From contig CBFGWJ010000001.1 in the NCBI GenBank assembly GCA_965652335.1, forward strand, positions 1-26,219: a DNA stretch of 26,219 nucleotides, written 5' to 3'. Made by a program: the position numbers and the translations under genes. Below, one piece after another: positions 9,335 through 16,845 of the stretch (position 1 is its first letter; each line of letters starts with the position of its first letter). A model generated the notes under the pieces. The model ran no database searches. It saw only the letters and a list, made by a program, of their open reading frames with translations, and was not told the DNA's origin. The stretch comes from an uncultured Gammaproteobacteria bacterium (GTDB taxonomy: Bacteria > Pseudomonadota > Gammaproteobacteria > Xanthomonadales > SZUA-36).

Positions 9335-9490
9335 GTCCGGCCGGGCGCGCGCAGCCGTCAGGCAGCTGCCGCGTGCACCCAGCCGCCAACTGGCCCAATG
9401 TGATGCTGGGGTGACCGCCTGGCCAGGGCGCAGCTGTTTCCCATGATTCGCTGATTTACGCGCCGGGCCTCGCGGCACTACTATCTCATC

Positions 9491-11074
9491 ATGGAATCGG
9501 AACTTGCACCGCTGTTGAAACGTGTGAGCCACCTGCTGCAGTCGGATCAGCTGGCGCAGGCAGCAACCACGCTGGCGCCGCTGAAGGCCTCCCATGCCAA
9601 TGTGGGTGATGTCTGGGCGCTGGACGGCGAAATCGCCATCCGCCAGGGGCGGCTGCAGGATGCCTTGCTGGCGGTGGACAAGGCTGCTGAACTGGAAAGC
9701 CACCTGCCCGACCGTCACATCCAGCGCGCCCGGTGCCAGGTCCTGGCCGGAAAGATCGATGAAGCCCGCCAATCAGCCTTGCGTTGCCTTGGCTCCGGCA
9801 TCACCCGGGCTGATCACCTGCTGGTCCTTGGCAGTGTGCTGGTTCGTTGCGGCGAACACGACAAGGCATTGCAGGTTTATCTCAAGGCAGCCGCTGCAGT
9901 TCCAGACCATCCGGAAGCCCACCGGGGCCTGGCGTCGGTGTACCGCTTCCTCGGGCGGTTGGAAGAGGCGGAAGCTGCATGCGACCGCACCCTGCAACTG
10001 GACCCGAATGACTACGAAATCCTTGGCCTGCGATCCTCGCTGAGAACACAGACAACCAGCCGGAATCATGTCGAGGAGTTGCTGAACTTGCAGGCACAGG
10101 GCATACGAAGCTGGCGTGGCCGCGTGCATGTGGCCTATGCCCTGGCCAAGGAATATGAAGACCTGGGTGAGTACGGGCTGTCGTTTGCCGCCCTGCAGCA
10201 GGGGGCCACCATCAAGCGGGAACATATCCGCTACAACCATGCTGATGACCTGCAAATATTTGCCAGCCTTAAATCCGCCTACTCAAAGGAAGCATTCCGC
10301 AGGATCCGCGGGACAGGGCACTCGAGCAAGGAGCCTGTTTTCGTGCTTGGCATGCCACCGACCGGCTCAACCCTGGTTGAGCGTATCATCACTTCCCACA
10401 GCGCAGTCCAGGGGATGGGAGAGCTGAGTACGTTCTCGCTGGAAATGATGGCGCTGGTGCGGCAGCAATCGGGTGGCCAGTCGCTGGACCGCCTGGGCCT
10501 GGCTGAACGGACCCTGGCACTGCCGATGAAAGCCCTGGGTGAAAACTATCTTCGTGCGGTAGCCCCGGCCAGGGACGGCAGTCCCAGGTTCGTCGACAAG
10601 CTGCCATTGAACTGCCTGAATACCGGCACCATCGCCGCCGCCCTGCCCAACGCAAAAATCGTGCATGTGGTGCGCCACCCGATGGATGCCTGCTACGCGA
10701 TGTACAAATACCTGTTCAAGAACGGCTATCCCTTTTCCTACACACTGCCGGAACTGGCTGGGTATTACATCGAATACCATCGCCTGATGCAGCACTGGCG
10801 GGAAATCCTGCCGCCGGGGCAGATGCATGAGATCAAGTACGAACAGCTGGTGGAAAACCTGGAGACTGAAGCGCGAAAGCTGCTCGCGTTCCTGGAGTTG
10901 CCGTGGCAAGAATCCTGCATCCGTTTTCACCAGAACAGCCAGGCTTCCACCACCGGAAGCGCGGCGCAGGTCCGCCGGCCCGTATACTCCTCATCGGTGG
11001 GAAAATGGCGATGTTTCGAGCAGCAGCTTCGGCCATTGCAGCAGGCGCTGCAATCAGCGGGAATTGAGGTTTGA
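9491..11074 (+). CDS. TPR-repeat sulfotransferase-family protein
   Basis: N-terminal TPR repeats, 5'-PSB-like PVFVLGMPPTGSTLVE, FVDKLP, 3'-PB RHPMDAC, and C-terminal TGSAAQVRRPVYSSSVGKW. Confidence 0.9.
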   Translation: MESELAPLLKRVSHLLQSDQLAQAATTLAPLKASHANVGDVWALDGEIAIRQGRLQDALLAVDKAAELESHLPDRHIQRARCQVLAGKIDEARQSALRCLGSGITRADHLLVLGSVLVRCGEHDKALQVYLKAAAAVPDHPEAHRGLASVYRFLGRLEEAEAACDRTLQLDPNDYEILGLRSSLRTQTTSRNHVEELLNLQAQGIRSWRGRVHVAYALAKEYEDLGEYGLSFAALQQGATIKREHIRYNHADDLQIFASLKSAYSKEAFRRIRGTGHSSKEPVFVLGMPPTGSTLVERIITSHSAVQGMGELSTFSLEMMALVRQQSGGQSLDRLGLAERTLALPMKALGENYLRAVAPARDGSPRFVDKLPLNCLNTGTIAAALPNAKIVHVVRHPMDACYAMYKYLFKNGYPFSYTLPELAGYYIEYHRLMQHWREILPPGQMHEIKYEQLVENLETEARKLLAFLELPWQESCIRFHQNSQASTTGSAAQVRRPVYSSSVGKWRCFEQQLRPLQQALQSAGIEV

Positions 11075-11094
11075 GCGGGTCTTCCTGAACGTCT

Positions 11095-12036
11095 TCAGCT
11101 CTCGGACCTGGGCAATGAGAGCCCCTGCTTTGAGGCGACTGCATCCAGCTCCTCCAGAAAGGCGCGCATCAGGCGTGATGCGCGTGCGGACTTCCGCTTG
11201 ATCAGGCTCATCGGTGTGGAGCGATGCGTTTTTTCTTCCAGGATCGGCCGCATCAATCCATCGCGAACCCAGTTCTGCGCGTAGTGCGTGGGCAAATACC
11301 CCACGTATCCACCCGACAGGATGAGGTAGGCAACGCCCTCGATGTAGGGTGAGGAAGCCACGTCGTTGAAGGTGAAGGGTGGTTGCCATTCATGCAGCCC
11401 TTCGCCATAACCCCAGCTGACGTAGCGGGTTGATCTCAAGGCATTGGCATCCAGCTCGCTGTCATCCATGCCGAAGAAGGGATGGGAGTTGGCGCAATAC
11501 AGTACGTGCTCTTCCTCCATCAGCTGCATGTAATCGATGCTTTCTATCCTGTGATGAAACAGGCCGATGGCGAGATGCAGCCGGTCGTCGAGGATCTGTT
11601 GCTCCAGTTCCACGGCGCCGCCTACGTAAATACTGATCCTCGCCTCTGTCGCTACCGCCACGAAACGTGAGATGGTGTCCCGGATCAGGGAATTCGAATG
11701 GGTGACGCTGTTATCAATCAGGCCCAGTCTCAACTCGCCCGTCAGGCGGCCCTGCGATTCCGCGACATCGGCGCGAAAATCCTCCAGCGCGCCGAACAGC
11801 TTTTCGGAGGCCCGCAGAACTGCCTTGCCATGGTTGGTCAGCTTGAATACACCGCGACCGCGCTCGCACAGGCGGCAGTCCAGGCGGGCTTCCAGCGTTG
11901 CCATCTGTGTGCTGATCGCGGATTGGCTCATGTTCAGCTGGGCCTGCGCTGCGGAAAAACCGCCGCACTTGGCGATCACATAGAACATGCGCAGCAACTT
12001 GATATCCGCGTCCTGGACAGATCCCAACAAACTCAC
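11095..12036 (-). CDS. LysR-family transcriptional regulator (resembles the BauR-like subgroup)
   Basis: HTH DIKLLRMF..IAKCGGFSAAQ..LN.SQSAIS.QM..LE.RL..RL.ERG..F.LT..G, followed by GELRLG. It is divergent from paralog 2. The subgroup resemblance is from memory only. Confidence 0.93.
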   Translation of the reverse strand: MSLLGSVQDADIKLLRMFYVIAKCGGFSAAQAQLNMSQSAISTQMATLEARLDCRLCERGRGVFKLTNHGKAVLRASEKLFGALEDFRADVAESQGRLTGELRLGLIDNSVTHSNSLIRDTISRFVAVATEARISIYVGGAVELEQQILDDRLHLAIGLFHHRIESIDYMQLMEEEHVLYCANSHPFFGMDDSELDANALRSTRYVSWGYGEGLHEWQPPFTFNDVASSPYIEGVAYLILSGGYVGYLPTHYAQNWVRDGLMRPILEEKTHRSTPMSLIKRKSARASRLMRAFLEELDAVASKQGLSLPRSES

Positions 12037-12292
12037 GGTTTCAGCCTGCTCCCCGACACGTGTTTATCAAATCCTGCAGCCACTGCAGTCGCCAATTATA
12101 CAGAACTGGCCAGCCGCGCCCGACACCACCCCATCGGTGTCGGAATGCCTCGTTCACCGCGGACAGGGCGGCAAGCCAACAGGACAGGCAAGCTGTTCAT
12201 TCCGGATGAATGTCGGCTTTTGTTAATCAGTATGTTTCTCCGGGCCGAATTCACCGACAATTCAAACCGCTTCCCCACTTCCTGGAACCCAC

Positions 12293-13372
12293 ATGAGCAT
12301 GATTTCACCCGATGTTTCCTCCCGGCTCAAGCCTGACCTGATTGCCGTGGTCAAGCTGATCTATGAACAGAACTGCAATCTGCAGGCCGGCCAGAACGTA
12401 CTGATCATCAGTGATGCCCGCACTCCGCACTACGTGGTCGCCACCTTCCAGGGTATGGCCCTGGCCATGGGGGCGGAAGCCGTGACCATGGAATGCCGGA
12501 TTCCCACCGGGGGCGCCACTTACCAACCCGGCTCAAAGTGGCCTGCCATGCTGGCCGCAGCAGCCATGGAGGCCGATCTCATCATCGACATGGCGGTGGG
12601 TTACGCCGACTTCATCATCAAGGCCATTCACAATGGCGCCAGGGTGCTGTGCCCGGGCGACGGTATTGGCGGCCCGTTCATGGACGATGTGCTGATCCGC
12701 ACCATGCTTCACACCGACATCCACGCGATACGCCGGCATGCCAAGCGCATCGCCCGAAGGTTTACCGACGCTTCCGTCTGCACGGTAATGACTGGCGATG
12801 ATGTGCTGGAGATCGACCTGACTGGCGTGGAGGGCATCGCAGGCTGCGGCTTCCTCTGGGACCCGGATGAACAGGACTGGATGTCCACCTGGGATTTCCT
12901 TCCACCCGCCCAACCGGGCATTGCGGTGCCGAAGGGTCGGGGCAATGGCTCCATCTGGGTGGACGGCACCCTGCTTTACCACCCGATCTATCATGAGAAG
13001 CCCGATTCGCCGGTGAGACTGACCTTCAAGGATGGACGGCTTGTAGCCATCGGCGGAAACGATGTGCTGGCCCCGCGGTTGGAAGCCTGGCTGGCGAAGC
13101 TGGGTGACGAGGGTGCCTACAACGGCCCGGTGCATCTCAACATCGGCAACAATCCGAACGCGATGTTGACCCAGAGCCAGGAATGGGAGCGGGTGTATGG
13201 GTCCATTACCTGCGGCATGGGCGATTTCAGTTTCGTGAACGCACTCGACCCCAGCATACCCCTGGAAACGCTGAGCAAGTCAACGGTGCATTGGGACTGG
13301 ACCGTACTACAACCCAGGATTTTCCTTGATGATGACCTGATCGTCGAACGCGGCAACATTTTATGCGATTGA
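12293..13372 (+). CDS. Peptidase M29-fold metalloprotein, NicX-like, paralog 2
   Basis: 359 aa, colinear with 5659..6741 (CNLQ.G, VLIISD, DMA.GYADF, GFLWD, EWERV.G). Carries GPVHLNIG and VHWD. Confidence 0.7.
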   Translation: MSMISPDVSSRLKPDLIAVVKLIYEQNCNLQAGQNVLIISDARTPHYVVATFQGMALAMGAEAVTMECRIPTGGATYQPGSKWPAMLAAAAMEADLIIDMAVGYADFIIKAIHNGARVLCPGDGIGGPFMDDVLIRTMLHTDIHAIRRHAKRIARRFTDASVCTVMTGDDVLEIDLTGVEGIAGCGFLWDPDEQDWMSTWDFLPPAQPGIAVPKGRGNGSIWVDGTLLYHPIYHEKPDSPVRLTFKDGRLVAIGGNDVLAPRLEAWLAKLGDEGAYNGPVHLNIGNNPNAMLTQSQEWERVYGSITCGMGDFSFVNALDPSIPLETLSKSTVHWDWTVLQPRIFLDDDLIVERGNILCD

Positions 13373-13421
13373 GCAACTGGCGCGAATCCACGCTCCCGGC
13401 CGGCGTCAACTGATTGATTTG

Positions 13422-13450
13422 TTGGCATAAGCAGGCTGTAAGTGTATGAT
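13422..13450 (+). promoter_or_regulatory. Sigma70-type promoter of the cold-shock gene
   Basis: TTGGCA (13422-13427), 17-bp spacer, TATGAT (13445-13450). Both hexamers match consensus at 5/6. Confidence 0.7.
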
Positions 13451-13613
13451 GCGATTGCTGCATAGCGTGGCGTGTTGTATTGAGTGAGGGCAAAACAACG
13501 GTTTGTTCACCGATTCGTTTCCGATCCAATTACCGTTTCGTACTAATCAGCAGGTCACTCGTCTGGGTGAGATCCCGGAGTGTAATTTCAGATCTAAGAA
13601 GTGAGTTCCAGAA

Positions 13614-13823
13614 ATGTCAGAACAAGTCATCGGCACTGTTAAGTGGTTCAACGACGAGAAAGGTTATGGTTTCATCGCCCGCGAAGGCGACCGTGACGTA
13701 TTCGTTCATTACCGCGCAATTGAAATGGAAGGCCGCAAAACCCTCAAAGAAGGGCAGCAGGTCAAATTTACCATTGGTGAAGGGCAGAAAGGCCCACAGG
13801 CGGAACACGTAAGTCCCGTCTGA
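13614..13823 (+). CDS. Cold-shock protein (CspA family)
   Basis: 69 aa with GTVKWFN, RNP1 KGYGFI, RNP2 VFVHY and GPQA. Confidence 0.97.
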   Translation: MSEQVIGTVKWFNDEKGYGFIAREGDRDVFVHYRAIEMEGRKTLKEGQQVKFTIGEGQKGPQAEHVSPV

Positions 13824-13857
13824 ACCTGAGTAAAAGCAGGCAAAAAAGACAGAAAGG

Positions 13858-13895
13858 TCCCCGGTAAGCCCAAAGCTTCCCGGGGATTTTTATTT
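13858..13895 (+). terminator. Rho-independent terminator of csp
   Basis: TCCCCGG (13858-13864) pairs with CCGGGGA (13880-13886); inner AAGC/GCTT stem; followed by TTTTTATTT. Confidence 0.85.
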
Positions 13896-13928
13896 GCGCG
13901 CTCCGCGTGGCCGGACCGTGGATTTGGT

Positions 13929-13988
13929 TTCGCCTGAATATTCGGCTGAGTATTCGCCTGAATTTTCGTCTGAATTTTCGCCTGAATA
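13929..13988. repeat. Five tandem 12-bp repeats, consensus TTCGCCTGAAT(A/T)
   Basis: Units: TTCGCCTGAATA, TTCGGCTGAGTA, TTCGCCTGAATT, TTCGTCTGAATT, TTCGCCTGAATA. Confidence 0.92.
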
Positions 13989-14104
13989 GTCGGGCCGGCA
14001 TCCGCCGGCACACCTGGTCCTGGCCCTGTGGATGGCCACGTATTCCCTGTGTCACCCTGAAGCAGATTCCCACGGGTTTCGCATTCCCGGCATTTTCAAC
14101 AGGC

Positions 14105-14130
14105 AAAAAAAACCCGGCGGGTCGCCGGGT
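14105..14130 (-). terminator. Rho-independent terminator on the minus strand with no assigned upstream gene
   Basis: ACCCGGCG (14112-14119) pairs with CGCCGGGT (14123-14130). The A8 run at 14105-14112 gives a U8 tail on the minus strand. Confidence 0.85.
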
Positions 14131-14517
14131 CAGTTTCGAGTGATGATGTCCTGAATCACTGAGACACAGAGTCCATCTATTTTTGGATCCGGCCAAGTTC
14201 CCCCCAGGCCTTCTCCTTTCTTGCCTGTCCCCCATGCATTCTTTAGCAACATGAACAAGCTAATAACCTGTACTTTCTCTATCTCTGCCAGAGGCAGTAC
14301 AACTGATCTTTTGTCAGTTTGCAGGTGGCGAATTTCTGTCCAGTACATGGATGACCGGCTTTTTCTGGCCTTACCTGCATTGTCATCCATGACAAAAAAT
14401 CTTTTTTGGTCTTCATTCCCCGGATTTCCGATCCAGGTTGGGAAGAGACGGACCCTCGTTTGGGCAAAGAGGGGCGAGGATCCGTCTCGTCCCACTAACT
14501 GCTACCAGTCAGTTAGT
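14105..14517 (-). ncRNA. Candidate structured small RNA (unassigned); 5' end uncertain
   Basis: At least six inverted repeats (for example 14346-14355/14382-14391, 14439-14494 and 14494-14517) lie upstream of the orphan minus-strand terminator. The region is low in GC and has no convincing CDS. Confidence 0.35.
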
Positions 14518-14765
14518 TCGCAAGTATTAAAGCAAGAAGCGGGCCAAAATTGAGAAATATGGATAACGTATTGTAAATAAAAAGAAAAAAAACTTTTTTC
14601 GGCTCCAGATCGCTGGCGTAAGTACGGTTCCGTTGTCGGAGTCTGTCAGCGGCATGACAATATTTGTCACATCAACATCCGGCATCGGGCATCGCTGGCG
14701 ACCAACTGCCCCCAACCCAGACATGTCGCCAGCAACGCCGCCTTCTGCGCCTGTACAATTCGCAC

Positions 14766-15707
14766 ATGACCATCACGGCACCTGCAACCAGGCTCATATT
14801 CCTTCTGGGCATCGTTTGCTCGGAAGCGGTACTCGCCCAGGCTTATGTGCTTCCGCCCGGAAACCCCGGCCTGGTGGGCCGTGTCGAGACCATTCGAACC
14901 TTCGGGCAGGAAACCCTGGTAGACGTGGCCCGGCAGTACAACATCGGCCACGAGGAAATCCGCCTGGCCAACCCGGCGGTGGAATTCTGGCTGGTGAAAG
15001 ATGGTACCGAAGTGCTGTTGCCCAGGCGCCACGTCCTGCCATTGGCCAAACGCGAAGGCATCGTACTGAATGTTCCGGAGATGCGGATTTATTATTTTCC
15101 CAAGCCGTGCAGCGCCGAAGACAATTGCGAGATGCTCACGTTTCCGGTCAGCATCGGGCGGATGGACTGGCAAACTCCACTGGGTGAGACGCGGGTGACC
15201 CGGAAAGTGAAGGATCCTTCATGGATTCCCCCCGAGTCCATCCGGCGGGAGGCCGCGCTGGAGGGCCGCGAGTATCCGGCGGTAGTGCCGCCGGGACCGG
15301 ACAATCCGATGGGCGCCTATGCCCTTCACCTGGGGCTTCCGGGTTACCGCATTCATGGCACCAACCGTCCGAGCGGAGTAGGAATGCGCGTGACACATGG
15401 CTGTGTTCGCATGTATCCCGAAGATATCGAGTTCCTGTTTGGAATGGTTGAGGTCGGTACCCTGGTACAAATCGTCAGCCAGGAAATAAAACTGGGCTGG
15501 GATGGTGACATCCTGTTCATGGAAGTACATCCGCCACTGGAAGAAAACTATCGTTCAGTGGAAACCTTGAAGGATGAAGCGCTGCTCGAGTTGCAGAAGG
15601 TTGCCCAGGAGCGTCCTTTCACCCTGGTGGGCCGGGAGTTCCAGCATGCGTTTGAGCAGATGAACGGGATACCCGTGCCGGTTGGCCGGGCCATTCGAGG
15701 GGAATAG
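14766..15707 (+). CDS. L,D-transpeptidase, ErfK/YbiS/YcfS/YnhG family, with LysM-like N-terminal module
   Basis: Signal peptide from the ATG at 14766 (ORF track starts at 14664). Motifs LV.VARQYNIG..EI..ANP, LN.PEMRIYY, FPVSIG, P.W.PP.SIR, PGPDNPMG and IHGT..GMRVTHGCVRM. Confidence 0.92.
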   Translation: MTITAPATRLIFLLGIVCSEAVLAQAYVLPPGNPGLVGRVETIRTFGQETLVDVARQYNIGHEEIRLANPAVEFWLVKDGTEVLLPRRHVLPLAKREGIVLNVPEMRIYYFPKPCSAEDNCEMLTFPVSIGRMDWQTPLGETRVTRKVKDPSWIPPESIRREAALEGREYPAVVPPGPDNPMGAYALHLGLPGYRIHGTNRPSGVGMRVTHGCVRMYPEDIEFLFGMVEVGTLVQIVSQEIKLGWDGDILFMEVHPPLEENYRSVETLKDEALLELQKVAQERPFTLVGREFQHAFEQMNGIPVPVGRAIRGE

Positions 15708-15736
15708 GAAGCAGGGCTGGTCGCAGCCCTGCTTCC
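15707..15736. terminator. Perfect 13-bp hairpin between the convergent ldt and lpp genes
   Basis: GGAAGCAGGGCTG-gtcg-CAGCCCTGCTTCC. There is no U-tract on either strand, so terminator function is uncertain. Confidence 0.5.
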
Positions 15737-15772
15737 CGGAAGGTGTCGGCTAGCCTGTTCCAGGCGTGCGGA

Positions 15773-16063
15773 TCATCCTTTCTGCATGGATTTCTTGAAC
15801 ATGTTGTCAATCTTGGCGTCGGTGGCCTCCGCTGCCGCTTTGGCGTCCATGGCCGCTTTTTCAGCCCGCTCGGCAGCCTGGCGTGCCGCGGTGGCTTCCT
15901 GCATGGCGGAGTCAGCCTTGGCACTCGCGGCATTGGCGCTGGCCGTTGCGCTCTGGACTTCAGAACGGAGTTTTTCAACTTCCGCGGTGGTTGCGCATCC
16001 GCTCAGCATCAAAACGGCTGAAAAAACGAGCAAGATCAACGATCCGTTACGAACTTGTTTCAT
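15773..16063 (-). CDS. Lpp/OprI-family alanine-zipper outer-membrane lipoprotein
   Basis: Lipobox LSGC, Ala-rich heptad coiled coil, C-terminus KIDNMFKKSMQKG, and RBS AGGAG. Confidence 0.9.
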   Translation of the reverse strand: MKQVRNGSLILLVFSAVLMLSGCATTAEVEKLRSEVQSATASANAASAKADSAMQEATAARQAAERAEKAAMDAKAAAEATDAKIDNMFKKSMQKG

Positions 16064-16215
16064 GTTTGGCTCCTGATTGGCAAAGGCAACCGGAATGTGC
16101 GGTCAATAACCGGGTTGCCATCACTCAGCGTAAATGACCGCATTCTTTCAGGTTACCACGTAAATTCCTCAATGTTGATGCGTCAGGTCAACTATTCGGC
16201 GTTAATATTGAGCGT

Positions 16216-16791
16216 TCAGCGCACCTCTACCCGCGTTCCCGGCTTGATCCAGCGGGCCAGTTCGTCGACCTGCTCATTGGTGAGCGCAATGCATCCCTCC
16301 GTCCAATTGAAATCCTCGTGGATCTTCGGGTCGCCGGAGCCGATACCGTGAATCCCGATGTAACCGCCCAAGGGTGTGTCGGCCGGTGGCTCCCGCCCGC
16401 GAAGATGGGCCAGGTTGATGGCCTGCCATTGCTCCGACGAGATGGCCCTGGCCTTCAAGGCCGCCGTGGCCTGGTCCATGGTGGGGTAATCAAAGCCGAA
16501 GTACAGGTGATAACGGCTGTCGGTGTTGATGCGGCGGATACGATAGCTGCCCAGCGGCGTTGTCTGGTCACCAAGCCGCCTGGCGCGGCTCACGCCGTTG
16601 CGGCCGATGGCTATGTCGTCAAATGTGTGGGAAACCGTCTGGCCATCCATGACGTGAAGCGTCAGCGTCGAGGTATCGACGTCCAGCCAGACTTCACCGG
16701 CTGATGCGCCGGGCGACAGCAGAAAACAACAGGCCAGCAGCGCAGTCAATCGCCGGAAGCCGGCCCAGCCGAATGTGGCCATGTGATTCAC
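16216..16791 (-). CDS. YkuD-fold enzyme of the YafK (DpaA/LdtF)-like subgroup
   Basis: Signal peptide; GDQTTPLGSYRI, SRY....DYP, IGIHG and WTEGCIALTN (catalytic His/Cys). No LysM or PG-binding domain. Confidence 0.8.
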   Translation of the reverse strand: MNHMATFGWAGFRRLTALLACCFLLSPGASAGEVWLDVDTSTLTLHVMDGQTVSHTFDDIAIGRNGVSRARRLGDQTTPLGSYRIRRINTDSRYHLYFGFDYPTMDQATAALKARAISSEQWQAINLAHLRGREPPADTPLGGYIGIHGIGSGDPKIHEDFNWTEGCIALTNEQVDELARWIKPGTRVEVR

Positions 16792-16845
16792 TGTCCGGAT
16801 GCGGCCGAAGGCGCTTTCCTGCCAATACGTTTCTATGGTTCCTCC

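Noticed and set aside
13929-13988. CRISPR or coding interpretation of the 12-bp array (ORFs 13709..14011, 13768..14235, 13907..14143)
   Set aside because: There are no spacers, the units are too short and no cas genes are present. The ORFs cross terminators or overlap csp and look like low-complexity artefacts.
14130-14495. 121-aa minus-strand ORF as a confident CDS
   Set aside because: GTG start without a clear RBS, no motif, and atypical composition. It is kept only as an alternative explanation for the orphan terminator.
14105-14600. Known housekeeping RNAs (tmRNA, RNase P, SRP, 6S) or a GacA box
   Set aside because: None of the signature sequences I know were seen, and there is no TGTAAG-N6-CTTACA.
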